DNA of 38,755 nucleotides, taken from the IMG/VR virus record IMGVR_UViG_3300025030_000257, positions 1 through 38,755 of that record. The stretch is one strand, 5' to 3'. Within the stretch, counting starts at the first letter, position 1, and each line of letters opens with the position of its first letter. The notes below the pieces were generated by a model. It worked only from the letters and a program-made list of their open reading frames with translations, searched no databases and was not told the DNA's origin. This document shows positions 6,206 to 15,797 of the stretch, piece by piece. Source of the DNA: a virus (taxonomy: Duplodnaviria > Caudoviricetes). A program made the position numbers and the translations under genes.

Positions 6206-8269
6206 ATGAAACTAGAAAAATGGATAGGCATGACCAACATGGTCAAAGAGTTTACCGACGACCAACTAAACCTACTCGGTCAACAGGTGGTCGAAGATTG
6301 GCAAGCCGACCTGATCACCCGCGAAGATTGGGAGCGCCGTACGCAGGATGGTCTTGACCTTGCAATGCAGATTGAGTCAGCCGGTGACGGTCCATGGCCG
6401 AACAGCGCCGATGTGAAATATCCGTTAATCGCCTATGCCGCTATCCAGTTCCATGCTCGTGCATATCCTGAGATTATCCGTGGTAATGATGTGGTCAAAG
6501 CTAAGGTGATTGGCCGGGACCAGGACGGTAGTAAGCAGGAGCGTGCCGACCGTATCAGCAAGCACATGAGCTATCAGGTGCTTGAAGAGATGACCGAGTG
6601 GGAAGAGGACACTGACCGGCTCCTGATGATGTTGCCCATCATCGGCACGCTGTTTAAGAAAACATACTTCTGCCCCATCCGCCGCCGCAATGTTTCATGC
6701 CTCCGCAAGCCGCTTGATATCGTGGTCCACAATGACGCCAAGAGTATAGAAGACGCCAGAAGGGTGACAGACCAGGGGATATGGCTGTACCGCAATGACG
6801 TACACGAGCGCAAGGCGGACGGTATCTTTGTTGACGAAGACATCATGTACGAGTTTGACGAAGAGAAGCAAGCCGCCGAGCAATTTCTTGAACAACATCT
6901 ATGGTATGACCTTGACGACGATGGATACCAGGAGCCGTACATTGTCACCGTTCACCGGGCATCCGCTAAAGTGGTCCGTGTGTATCCTTGCTATGACAAA
7001 GAGGCTATCATTGTCACCAAGGACGGCAAACTAGCCCGTATTGAACCCACACAGTATTTTACCAAGTTCTCATTCCTCCCCTCATTCGATGGCACGTTTT
7101 ACGATATCGGATTCGGTCAACTGTTGGCGCCGCTGAACGAAGCAATCAACACCAACATCAACCAACTCCTTGACGCTGGCACGCTGTCCAACATGCAGGG
7201 CGGTTTGATTTCACGGGGTATCAAAATCAAGGGGGGCAAATACCAGTTCCAGCCCGGCGAGTGGAAAATGACAGACGCAAGCCCGCAAGACCTGAGAGAT
7301 GGTTTTTTTTCTCTCCCGGTCAAGGAACCTTCCGCTGTTCTGTTCACCATGCTTTCATTCCTTGTTGACGCTGGCAAACAATTATCAAGCGTGGCTGATG
7401 TCATGTCCGGTGAATCCGCAGGGCCAAACGAGCCAGTGGGGACCATGCTTGCACGTATCGAGCAGGGGATGAAGGTGTTTAGCGGTATCCACAAGCGCAT
7501 TTACCGATCCCTTAAGTCAGAGTTCAAGAAGCTAGCAAAGCTGAATCGTGATTACATGGATGATGAATACTATTTCCGCGTGCTGGATATCGAGCAGGTA
7601 GCAATCCGCGCCGATTACAACGAAAAGGATCTTGATGTTGTGCCAGTTTCCGACCCGAACCAAGGGACGGATATTCAGAGGCTTGCCAAAGCACAGGCAT
7701 TGATGCAGGTCAAGGGTGCGCCGGGTATTAACGATTGGCAGATTGTTCACAATTACCTCGAAGCAATCAAGATTGACAACATCGAAGAGATCCACCCGAA
7801 GGAAGGTAAAGAGCAAGCGGGGCAACAGCCGCCGAACCCGGAGATGATTAAGATTCAAATGGACGCAGAGATCAAAAAACACGAACTTGCATTGAAAGGC
7901 GAGAAACAAGCCGCTGAAATCGCCTTACTTGACGCACAGATTGAGAACACCCGCGCTGATACCATGGCAAAAATAGCACAAGCGGAAGCCGCCGAACTCG
8001 GCCCGCAGTTGGAATATTACCGGCAATTCGCTGGGCAACTAGGTCAAGAAAATGACATGATGAGACAATCTATGCAAGAAAGGATGACCGATGGAAACAT
8101 TGACGAGAGCGGAATGGGTGGAATGGAAGAGCCAAGCGACGACGGAGCAGGTTTTCAAGTTCCTGAGGGAGTACCGGCAGAACTGGGAACAGAAATCCCC
8201 ATTGCACCAGACAGCGGAGCAGACCTTCCGGGCGGCTTCGATCAGGGAGGGGGTATTGTTGGGCCTTGA
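6206..8269 (+). CDS. Portal protein (P22-like)
   Basis: Follows terL; 687 aa; GTLFKKTYF and FYDIGFGQLL..LNEAINTNINQLLDAGTLSN motifs; C-terminal coiled coil. Confidence 0.9.
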   Translation: MKLEKWIGMTNMVKEFTDDQLNLLGQQVVEDWQADLITREDWERRTQDGLDLAMQIESAGDGPWPNSADVKYPLIAYAAIQFHARAYPEIIRGNDVVKAKVIGRDQDGSKQERADRISKHMSYQVLEEMTEWEEDTDRLLMMLPIIGTLFKKTYFCPIRRRNVSCLRKPLDIVVHNDAKSIEDARRVTDQGIWLYRNDVHERKADGIFVDEDIMYEFDEEKQAAEQFLEQHLWYDLDDDGYQEPYIVTVHRASAKVVRVYPCYDKEAIIVTKDGKLARIEPTQYFTKFSFLPSFDGTFYDIGFGQLLAPLNEAINTNINQLLDAGTLSNMQGGLISRGIKIKGGKYQFQPGEWKMTDASPQDLRDGFFSLPVKEPSAVLFTMLSFLVDAGKQLSSVADVMSGESAGPNEPVGTMLARIEQGMKVFSGIHKRIYRSLKSEFKKLAKLNRDYMDDEYYFRVLDIEQVAIRADYNEKDLDVVPVSDPNQGTDIQRLAKAQALMQVKGAPGINDWQIVHNYLEAIKIDNIEEIHPKEGKEQAGQQPPNPEMIKIQMDAEIKKHELALKGEKQAAEIALLDAQIENTRADTMAKIAQAEAAELGPQLEYYRQFAGQLGQENDMMRQSMQERMTDGNIDESGMGGMEEPSDDGAGFQVPEGVPAELGTEIPIAPDSGADLPGGFDQGGGIVGP

Positions 8270-8300
8270 TGCACTTCTTGAGATGGATGTGGAGGAATAA
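8091..8300 (+). CDS. Small head-module protein overlapping the portal 3' end
   Basis: AAGGA RBS; EWVEWKSQATT..VFKFL...EGVLLGLDALLE resembles the small gene usually found after podophage portals; its stop abuts the next ATG. Confidence 0.65.
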   Translation: METLTRAEWVEWKSQATTEQVFKFLREYRQNWEQKSPLHQTAEQTFRAASIREGVLLGLDALLEMDVEE

Positions 8301-8735
8301 ATGGATGTTCAACAGCTATTGCGTGGAATTGAAGCTATTTGTGAACCATCTGGTGAGATATATTGCAGCAATGTGTCTCTAGGAAATGGGAGAACAATAA
8401 AGGCTATTGTGATAGATGGCGAGGGAATCAAAAAAGAAGGTGAGAGAATTTCCGCTATCTATAGTTCGCCAGAAATAGCTTGCCAGAAGTTGTTAGATTC
8501 ATTTAAACGGGTATGGGAATCCAGCGGAAGACCTGACAGCATGTTCTGGCGTCGTAAGCCTGAACTGACGAAGATAAACACTGATGGCTATTGCTACTAT
8601 GTGGTTACTGTGCGAGTTGCTTTTGTTCCCCAAAGGGAGAAACCAAACCAACCGCAGACCCGAACCGTGATGGATGGGGTTAACGACATGGTCAACATAT
8701 ACCGATTAAATACGACACAGTGGACTGGCCTTTAA
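8301..8735 (+). CDS. Hypothetical protein (accessory insertion in head module)
   Basis: GGAGG RBS; more AT-rich codons than neighbours; FWRRKPEL motif. Confidence 0.65.
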   Translation: MDVQQLLRGIEAICEPSGEIYCSNVSLGNGRTIKAIVIDGEGIKKEGERISAIYSSPEIACQKLLDSFKRVWESSGRPDSMFWRRKPELTKINTDGYCYYVVTVRVAFVPQREKPNQPQTRTVMDGVNDMVNIYRLNTTQWTGL

Positions 8736-8754
8736 ATGAAGACTCACAACATTA

Positions 8755-8784
8755 TTGACCAACGTAGATAAAATGTGAGATAGT
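8755..8784 (+). promoter_or_regulatory. Putative sigma70 promoter for head genes
   Basis: TTGACC-N18-GATAGT with TG extended -10, in an AT-rich gap. Confidence 0.45.
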
Positions 8785-8830
8785 ATCAACCGTGTTATAA
8801 ATTAACTCACTAGTGTACCACGGATTGGCA

Positions 8831-8956
8831 ATGAAAACAGTGGAAGAAGTCATAAAGCAGTTGAGGGCTTCAAACTTCCATGGAAACGTCACGATCCATT
8901 TTGCAAACGGACAACCGAAGAAGATTGAGACAAAGACAACCGAAGATGTAGCGTAA
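8831..8956 (+). CDS. 41-aa DUF2292/YezD-like small protein (not in ORF track)
   Basis: MKTVEEVIKQLRASNFHGNVTIHFANGQPKKIETKTTEDVA fits the FxGxvxIxxxxGxxxxIE pattern. Confidence 0.6.
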   Translation: MKTVEEVIKQLRASNFHGNVTIHFANGQPKKIETKTTEDVA

Positions 8957-8991
8957 GGCAGTTCACAACCGAATATCGCCTTTATCGTAAT

Positions 8992-9033
8992 AAGAGGGGC
9001 AATCATCATAAACGATGGTTGCCCTTTTCTTTT
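8992..9033 (+). terminator. Intrinsic terminator/attenuator upstream of groES-scaffold-capsid
   Basis: GGGCAATCATC-ataaac-GATGGTTGCCC stem followed by TTTTCTTTT. Confidence 0.7.
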
Positions 9034-9061
9034 ATCCAGCCCAAAGGGGAAAGGAACACAA

Positions 9062-9361
9062 ATGATTGAGCCAAGCGGCCACAGAGTATTGATTCAACCG
9101 GAAACGGTGGAAGAGAAAACGGCAGGCGGTATTATTCTCGCCGCCACTACCAAGGAGCGTGACCAGCAAGCAACCATGCGCGGCACTGTAGTTGCCGTTG
9201 GTGTGAACGCATGGAAAGCGTTTGACGATGGCACGCCATGGGCGCAGGTGGGTGACAAGGTTATCTTCCGCAAGTATGCCGGTGAGAACGTCAAGGACGG
9301 CGAGATTGATTACAGGGTGGTTAATGACGAAGACTGTCTTTGCGTAGTTAAGGAGGGCTAA
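9062..9361 (+). CDS. groES: Co-chaperonin GroES (Cpn10)
   Basis: EPSGHRVLI...EEKTAGGIIL...GTVVAVG...VGDKVIFRKYAG...YRVVNDED. Confidence 0.93.
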   Translation: MIEPSGHRVLIQPETVEEKTAGGIILAATTKERDQQATMRGTVVAVGVNAWKAFDDGTPWAQVGDKVIFRKYAGENVKDGEIDYRVVNDEDCLCVVKEG

Positions 9362-9367
9362 AGAGCC

Positions 9368-10126
9368 ATGGAAGAAACAACCGGAACAGAGCAGGAACAA
9401 GCGCAGGTTGACCCGTTCATTGAAAAAGCATCAGCCGCAGGGTGGCGACCACTGGAGGAATACGATGGCGACCCCGAACAATGGGTAGACGCTAAAGAGT
9501 TCGTCAAGCGTGCGCCACTGTATGAACAGATGCGGAAGATAAAAAAGGAAAACAAAGAGTTCAAGACCACGTTGCATGAGGTCAAAGGGTACATCACCAA
9601 AGTATCTCAGGCGGCATATAACAAGGCCGTTGCCGACCTTACCGCGCAACGTGACGAAGCTATCGACCAAGGTGACCGGGAGCAGGTACGGGAGATTGAC
9701 AAGGCAATCAAGGAAGCGGAAGCAATCAAGGTGCCGATTGATAATGTCCACCCTGCTATCACAGCATGGGAACAGGATAACGGCGAATGGTTTTATGCCG
9801 ACGACAAGATAGTTCGCTTTGGCAAGGCATACGCCAGAAACTACCTTGAAGATAATCCTAACGACATGGCCGGGGCGCTGGAAGCGATGGAAAGCGCAAT
9901 CAAAATCAAGTTCCCTGAGAAGTTCGAGAAAGCACCGGACAAGCGCAAAGACCCACCAGCCGTTGAAGGTGGCAAGCGCGGCGAGGGGAAAAAGACATAC
10001 ACCATGGCTGATTTAGACGACGAAACCCGAAAGGTAGTACGCGGATTTGTCCGGCAAGGCGTTATGAGTGAAGAAGAATACATCAAGGGACTCGTCGATA
10101 GCGGCGTTTTAGGAGGTAAGAAATGA
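9368..10126 (+). CDS. Capsid scaffolding protein
   Basis: GWRPLEEYDGDPEQWVDAKEFV, coiled coil and C-terminal MSEEEYIK; position before the capsid genes. Confidence 0.8.
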   Translation: MEETTGTEQEQAQVDPFIEKASAAGWRPLEEYDGDPEQWVDAKEFVKRAPLYEQMRKIKKENKEFKTTLHEVKGYITKVSQAAYNKAVADLTAQRDEAIDQGDREQVREIDKAIKEAEAIKVPIDNVHPAITAWEQDNGEWFYADDKIVRFGKAYARNYLEDNPNDMAGALEAMESAIKIKFPEKFEKAPDKRKDPPAVEGGKRGEGKKTYTMADLDDETRKVVRGFVRQGVMSEEEYIKGLVDSGVLGGKK

Positions 10127-10545
10127 GCAGACACAGCACCAGGCCCATAGAGGGAGCAAGCAGAGCGGAACGTCCCGAACGTATCCCGCTACACAGGCAG
10201 AACATCATTCGCGCTGACACCCGGCCCGGATTCGTGCGCCGGTTGGTCAACGACACTGACGACCGCATAGAGCGGTTCAAGATTGCAGGCTGGACACCCG
10301 TAGAGGATGAGCAAGTAGGCGACCCACATGCAGGCGACCCATCAAGCGTTGGTTCAATGACTGTGAAGTCAGTCGGAGCAGGGACCAAAGCCGTTTTGAT
10401 GGAAATACCTGAAAAATACTATCAGGAAGACCAGAAAGAGAAACACGTAAAAGTTGACGCGCTGGAAGCAGCCATGGAGCAAGACATCAAAACTAAACTT
10501 GGTGGCTCCGCAATTGGCGAGGGCATCAAGATACAAAGGGATTAA
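10123..10545 (+). CDS. Conserved head-module protein
   Basis: RPGFVRRLVND...GWTPV...AVLMEIPEKYYQED; translationally coupled to the scaffold gene. Confidence 0.75.
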   Translation: MSRHSTRPIEGASRAERPERIPLHRQNIIRADTRPGFVRRLVNDTDDRIERFKIAGWTPVEDEQVGDPHAGDPSSVGSMTVKSVGAGTKAVLMEIPEKYYQEDQKEKHVKVDALEAAMEQDIKTKLGGSAIGEGIKIQRD

Positions 10546-10548
10546 GTT

Positions 10549-11106
10549 ATGGCAAATACAGATCGTCCTAACGGGCTTCGACCCGTAAGAACCCTGAGCG
10601 GCGCTTCATGGCGCGGATCAATCAGGACTATAGGCGTCGCAGATGGTGCCGACATTTTTGTCGGTGATCCTATCAACCTGGAATCCGGCCTTGCCGCTCC
10701 CGGTGCGACAAATGACACCGGCTTTCTCGGTGTTGCAATCGGATTCGGTAAGTTCGTTGAGGGTGGCGCAGTTGGACCTTTCGACCCGGCCAATGACAAC
10801 GCAACATTCTACGATGACAGCGCGTCCACACATACCGAGTGGGTATGCTTCTACGTCCCGGCAGATGACATGCTTTTCGAATCTCAGACCGCTACCGCCC
10901 TGACTCTCGTTGTTGGTGATACCTGTGACCTTTCGTACACAGCAGGCAGCACACTGACCGGGACTTCCGCTTGTGAACTGACCACCAACAGCAGCGCTGA
11001 TTTCACCGTGGTTGAAATTCCGAGCCTAATCGACAATGACCCTACTCTGGTATGGGGACGTTACAATGTAATGTTCACCCGCGCAGAGCAGGCATTCCAC
11101 GCATAA
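10549..11106 (+). CDS. Capsid decoration/cement protein
   Basis: MANTDRPNGLRPVR...IFVGDPI N-terminus typical of the gene before the MCP in this phage type. Confidence 0.7.
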   Translation: MANTDRPNGLRPVRTLSGASWRGSIRTIGVADGADIFVGDPINLESGLAAPGATNDTGFLGVAIGFGKFVEGGAVGPFDPANDNATFYDDSASTHTEWVCFYVPADDMLFESQTATALTLVVGDTCDLSYTAGSTLTGTSACELTTNSSADFTVVEIPSLIDNDPTLVWGRYNVMFTRAEQAFHA

Positions 11107-11118
11107 AGGAGTCTTACA

Positions 11119-12033
11119 ATGCCCATAATGACTACAGGCGGGTTTGCTAAACTCCTTACGCCGGGAATTAAGAAGATCTACGGGGACAAGTACAACAAGC
11201 ACAAAACCGAGTACACCGATATCTTCAACAAGGAAACGTCCACACGGGCGTATGAAGAGTATCAGGGACTTTCCGGTTTCGGTCTGGCACAGCGTAAATC
11301 TGAGGGCCAACCGATTGCTATGGACTCCATGAAGCAGGGTTTCACCACACGTTCAACCAACGTGACCTATGCTCTTGGTTTCATCATCACTCGTGAAATG
11401 TACGAGGATGACCAGTACGACAAGATTTCCACTCAGCGGTCCCGCGCACTGGCAAACTCCATGCGCCAGACCAAGGAAATCGTGGGCGCGAACCTGATTA
11501 ACCGCGCCTACACCGCAGGTTACACATTCGGAGATGGAAAGGTGCTGTGTGCTACCGATCATCCGAATGCTGCCGGCGGTACGTTCTCCAACACTCTCGC
11601 AGTGGCTTCCGACCTGAACCAGGCCGCACTTGAGCAGATGGCAATCGACATTTCCAACTTCACTGATGACCGTGGGCTGAAAATTGCCGTAATGCCTAAG
11701 AAACTGTTGGTGCCGCCCTCCTTGATGTTCGAAGCAGAACGCATCCTGAAATCTTCCCTTGAGTATGATACCGCCAACAACGCTATTAACGCACTCAAGG
11801 CCAAAAACATCTTTCCTGAAGGCATCGCAATCAACCACTACCTGACTGACACAGATGCTTTCTTCATCCTGACCGATGCAGAGGGTCTGGTGTATCAGGA
11901 GCGTAGGGCTGACGAGTTCGAGCCTACCGCAGAAAATGACTGGGATACAGAGAACGCGAGATACAAAGCATCGTCACGGTACGCCTTTACTGCGTTTGAC
12001 CCTCGTGCGCTGTACGGTTCTCCCGGAGTTTAA
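11119..12033 (+). CDS. Major capsid protein (HK97 fold)
   Basis: AAGGAG RBS; LLTPGI...STRAYEE..GLSGFGLA..KSEG...YALGFIITREMYEDD...PKKLLVPPSL...DPRALYGSPG. Confidence 0.93.
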   Translation: MPIMTTGGFAKLLTPGIKKIYGDKYNKHKTEYTDIFNKETSTRAYEEYQGLSGFGLAQRKSEGQPIAMDSMKQGFTTRSTNVTYALGFIITREMYEDDQYDKISTQRSRALANSMRQTKEIVGANLINRAYTAGYTFGDGKVLCATDHPNAAGGTFSNTLAVASDLNQAALEQMAIDISNFTDDRGLKIAVMPKKLLVPPSLMFEAERILKSSLEYDTANNAINALKAKNIFPEGIAINHYLTDTDAFFILTDAEGLVYQERRADEFEPTAENDWDTENARYKASSRYAFTAFDPRALYGSPGV

Positions 12034-12057
12034 CCAATAACATAACATCAACCCTTT

Positions 12058-12077
12058 GAGGGGGCTTTAGCCCCCTT
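12058..12077 (+). terminator. Hairpin after major capsid gene (weak terminator or stabiliser)
   Basis: GAGGGGGCT-tt-AGCCCCCTT; weak U tract. Confidence 0.5.
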
Positions 12078-12104
12078 GCAGTCAACCCTGTGAAGGAGAA
12101 CAAC

Positions 12105-13079
12105 ATGGGCCTCACCAATTTTCCCAACGGCATATCTTCATTCGGCGTCCCTGTAATGGGTGGCGGCGTTCCCGCAACTCCCGGCAATTTTCTTTTTGTC
12201 GATTATACCCTTGGCAATGACGGTATCAGCGTAAAGGCTAACAGCGCCCAGCGTCCGTTTAAAACCATTGCCGCAGCATACGCCCAGGCAAGAACCAATA
12301 AGGATGATGTGATCGTACTGATGGGCAGTGCTTCACACGTCCTTACTGAGATGCTGACCGTGGCTAAAAACCGAGTCCATTTCGTCGGTATGGATGGTAC
12401 AAGCCGCATGTATGGGCAGAATGCCAAGATTTCAATGGGTGTGACAACCGCAGCTACCGACCTTGGTGCCCTGTTGAATACGGGGGTGCGCAACAGCTTC
12501 CACAACATCAAGTTCACGTCAGCCAACACCGTGGCACAAAGCCTTTACTCAGTGCTTGAAGGCGGCGAATACTCGGTTTACAGCAACTGCGAGTTCTACA
12601 AGGAAACCGACCTTGACCAGACTGGTGCCGCTGAACTGGTTATGAATGGCGATTCAGCACAACTCATCAACTGCACTATCGGCTCAAATGCAAACGCAAT
12701 CGCAGGCGCAATTGTCCGCGCTAACGTTCTGATGACCAAAGAAGTGGCCGGGGCCGGCAAAGTGTCCCGCGACGTACTATTCAAGAATTGCCTCTTTTGG
12801 AAGAAAGCTGGTCACGTCAACAACCGATTCGTCTATGGGGCTAATGCAACCGATGTGGAGCGCATGTTGCTGATTGATGACAGCGTGTTTTTTACTACGA
12901 AGTTGTCAACCGCTGTACCGGCTCAATGTGTGGCTTTTGCCGCTGAACAGACTGAAGGCTTTGCCCTCATCCGCAACTGTTCTAGCATCAACAATACTAA
13001 GCTGTCTACCACTACAGGCGTTTACATTGACGGCGCGGTTCCTACCTATGCCACTTCCGGCATTGCAGTAGCTGCTTAA
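12105..13079 (+). CDS. Beta-helix virion protein (head fibre/spike)
   Basis: AAGGAG RBS; MGLTNFPNGISSFGVP anchor, GND G..A.RPFKTIAAA motif and pectin-lyase-like repeats. Confidence 0.7.
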   Translation: MGLTNFPNGISSFGVPVMGGGVPATPGNFLFVDYTLGNDGISVKANSAQRPFKTIAAAYAQARTNKDDVIVLMGSASHVLTEMLTVAKNRVHFVGMDGTSRMYGQNAKISMGVTTAATDLGALLNTGVRNSFHNIKFTSANTVAQSLYSVLEGGEYSVYSNCEFYKETDLDQTGAAELVMNGDSAQLINCTIGSNANAIAGAIVRANVLMTKEVAGAGKVSRDVLFKNCLFWKKAGHVNNRFVYGANATDVERMLLIDDSVFFTTKLSTAVPAQCVAFAAEQTEGFALIRNCSSINNTKLSTTTGVYIDGAVPTYATSGIAVAA

Positions 13080-13312
13080 TGTACCGGCCAGGTAATGCGT
13101 GGGCTATTTGCGATAGCTGCGGCTACCGTTTTTACCTGTCCGAACTGAAAAAGGATTGGCGGGGATTCATGGTCTGTAAAAAGGACTATGAACCCCGTCA
13201 TCCCCAGGACAGCGTTAAATCATCCAATGACAAGATAGTAATCGACAATGCCCGCCCGCAAGTAACCGACATTTTCCTTGAACCCGGCGATGTGACACCG
13301 GAGGATTTATGA
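13079..13312 (+). CDS. Small conserved Cys-rich virion-module protein
   Basis: AICDSCG...WRGFMVC..DYEPRHPQD; TAATG coupling. Confidence 0.75.
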   Translation: MYRPGNAWAICDSCGYRFYLSELKKDWRGFMVCKKDYEPRHPQDSVKSSNDKIVIDNARPQVTDIFLEPGDVTPEDL

Positions 13313-14019
13313 CCGTTTCAGGTGTTCACACATTCACGCTTAACCGTGACGAGATTATAAGGGAAGCCGTTGACCTCACCAGCATGCTTGATATTGAGTC
13401 AGCCATTCCTGCCGCGCTGTTAGAATCTTTTTGCCGGTCCTTGAACCTGTACGCTAAATCGTGGCAAGCCAAAGGGTTATTCATCCACACGTATCAAGAC
13501 GCTATTTTGCCGCTCGTCGTCGGGCAAGAGTCGTATTTACTTGGCCCTGATGGAGATGCGTTTGAATCCGATGGTGTGACAAAGATCATCCGCCCTATCA
13601 AGATTGCTGATGTGCGCCTTGACTTTAATGACACACAAACCCCCATCAACAAAGTATCCATCAGCGAATACAACGAACTGACCACCAAGGACACGGCAGG
13701 TCAACCGATACAGTACGCTTACGACCCTCAACTTGATAATTCTCGGCTGTATGTGTGGCCGGTTGCCGATGACGCAACACAGCAATTGCTTTTCAAATAT
13801 CAGAAGCCTGTTGATGATTTCACCACAGCAGAAGATACCGCAACCATGCCGGTTGATTGGTTACAATGTTTCACTATCGGACTTGCTTACACTATTGCGC
13901 CGAAACTGAGAGTACCGCTTGACGAGCAGGTCGCGCTTAAATCGAGATATGAGCAGGCGCTGTCTGATCTGGATGACTTTGAAGAAGTGTCGATCTACTT
14001 CCAGCCGGGGGGGCGGTAA
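13309..14019 (+). CDS. Head-tail adaptor (P22 gp4 / tail tubular A-like)
   Basis: SG..TF.L.RDEII.EA...RSLNL...GQPIQY...LYVWPV..., and its position in the tail module. Confidence 0.75.
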   Translation: MTVSGVHTFTLNRDEIIREAVDLTSMLDIESAIPAALLESFCRSLNLYAKSWQAKGLFIHTYQDAILPLVVGQESYLLGPDGDAFESDGVTKIIRPIKIADVRLDFNDTQTPINKVSISEYNELTTKDTAGQPIQYAYDPQLDNSRLYVWPVADDATQQLLFKYQKPVDDFTTAEDTATMPVDWLQCFTIGLAYTIAPKLRVPLDEQVALKSRYEQALSDLDDFEEVSIYFQPGGR

Positions 14020-14336
14020 TGAGAATACCCAAACGGTTTAAATTGATGGGGCAGACCATAGAAGTCACATGGGATACCGTGCATTTTGCGGAAAAGACCG
14101 ATGTTTGTGGCTTCGCTTCATATCGCACCAATGAAATACAGATGAACCCGAACATGCCATACAAGAGCGACAGCCAACGGGAACAAACATTCCTCCACGA
14201 ACTCATGCACTTTGTGGTGTACCACTCGCAGACAGCCAAGGCGAAAGACTGTGATTATCTGCATCAAGACGAGCCTTTCATCGACTTGACCGCCCATTTA
14301 CTGCATCAGGCACTGACCACGATGGAGTACGAATAG
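14019..14336 (+). CDS. Small HExxH zinc-metallopeptidase-like protein
   Basis: REQTFLHELMH motif with a downstream E (HQDEPF). Confidence 0.7.
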   Translation: MRIPKRFKLMGQTIEVTWDTVHFAEKTDVCGFASYRTNEIQMNPNMPYKSDSQREQTFLHELMHFVVYHSQTAKAKDCDYLHQDEPFIDLTAHLLHQALTTMEYE

Positions 14337-15797
14337 ATGCCACTTAAACCCCTTCCCATAGGTGCCGGTATCAACTTGGATGTTGACGACTCCACGCTCC
14401 ACGATGGTTCGTCTGTTGCCTATTACAACTGCTACATGGACCGTGGGCAGGCCATCCGCACCATACCGGGATTGACGCTCAACGCTGATATCGGTGTCGG
14501 CCCTGGCGTTGAGGTGTTCTGCGAGTTCATCCGTGGGCATAACGTGCTGATGATAGTCGCCGCTGGCCGTGTATGGGCTAAAACGTCGGCACTCGGACCT
14601 GTCACCGAACTGACCGGGGCAGTATTGGAAAGTGGCTACCCCCCCGTGTTCACCGATGACGGCACAGATATCTTCTTTGCCGCAAACGGTCCTATCAACA
14701 AATACGGCGCGACGATCACACAGCTTGCCGGTAACGCTCCTGACAAGGTGACAGGCCTTGCCTACATCGGCGGATATCTGCAAGCCATTGGTGATGATTC
14801 AACTGGAGTGGTTGACGGGGACACGTTCTACAGCGACGACAAAGTGAATGGGTACGCATTGTGGGAAGTGTACAACAACGAGAGCAATCCTGATGGAGTG
14901 CAGGCGCTGGTTGTGGCTTACGAGCAGGTTTACAACATCGGAGAGAGGACGCTGGAAGTCACCTATGTTGACGGTACTGTTCCATTCTCCGTGAACAAAA
15001 ACGCCGCTCAACACTTCGGCACTCCTTCCCCTCACTCGGTGGCGTTTGATGGGGAGAGTATTTATTACATCTCCCAAGTAACCGAAAGCCGCAAGGTTGT
15101 GAAACTGACCGGAGGGGGCGCTCCTGAAATCATCTCATTTCCCATTGACCTACCTATCGAGCAGTTTGAGCGCGTGGACGATGCGAGGGGCTTCATTGTC
15201 GCATTCAAGGGTCAGAACTTCTATGTGTTGGACTTCCCCACTGCTAACACGATCATCGACGAGCAGTATTACCCCTCCGTGACCTTTGCCTATCACATCC
15301 AAACTAAGATGTGGCTGATATTCGCTAAGTGGGATGGTGATTCAGGACAGTGGCAATCATACCGGGGATGCTCGTTTACCTACGCCGAGCCATGGGGGCT
15401 ACAGTTCATCGGCGGGCGTGACGGGAAACTTTACACTCTCGGCACTGATGCCGTTATTGATTATGACGCAGAGCCGGTATTTACCCACCGATGGCGAGAT
15501 AACGGCAAGAAAATATGGAGCAACCCCCGAACCATATCCCTTGGCAAGGTTGGTGATTATCGTCGCCCCTCAGATTCGGTCCAGTGCGGTTCTTACGTGT
15601 ACCGGCAACATGAGATAGGCTTTTCCGACTTAAGCGACGCAGGGGCGATATTTCGCGCTCTGGTGAAGAGTGGACATATAAACCACCAAGTAGACGTTAC
15701 CAAGGTGGCTAATTTCTACAGGTACAACGTAAAGCGCGGTACGGGCGAGTTTGTCATTAATACGATCAGCGAAGATGTCACTTATTTGAGGCGATAG
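14337..15797 (+). CDS. Tail nozzle / packaged DNA stabilisation protein (P22 gp10-like)
   Basis: ESNPD, IGERTLEV, GQNFYVLDFPTA..TFAY and RWRDNG...WSN...SLGKVGDY motifs of the gp10 family. Confidence 0.85.
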   Translation: MPLKPLPIGAGINLDVDDSTLHDGSSVAYYNCYMDRGQAIRTIPGLTLNADIGVGPGVEVFCEFIRGHNVLMIVAAGRVWAKTSALGPVTELTGAVLESGYPPVFTDDGTDIFFAANGPINKYGATITQLAGNAPDKVTGLAYIGGYLQAIGDDSTGVVDGDTFYSDDKVNGYALWEVYNNESNPDGVQALVVAYEQVYNIGERTLEVTYVDGTVPFSVNKNAAQHFGTPSPHSVAFDGESIYYISQVTESRKVVKLTGGGAPEIISFPIDLPIEQFERVDDARGFIVAFKGQNFYVLDFPTANTIIDEQYYPSVTFAYHIQTKMWLIFAKWDGDSGQWQSYRGCSFTYAEPWGLQFIGGRDGKLYTLGTDAVIDYDAEPVFTHRWRDNGKKIWSNPRTISLGKVGDYRRPSDSVQCGSYVYRQHEIGFSDLSDAGAIFRALVKSGHINHQVDVTKVANFYRYNVKRGTGEFVINTISEDVTYLRR

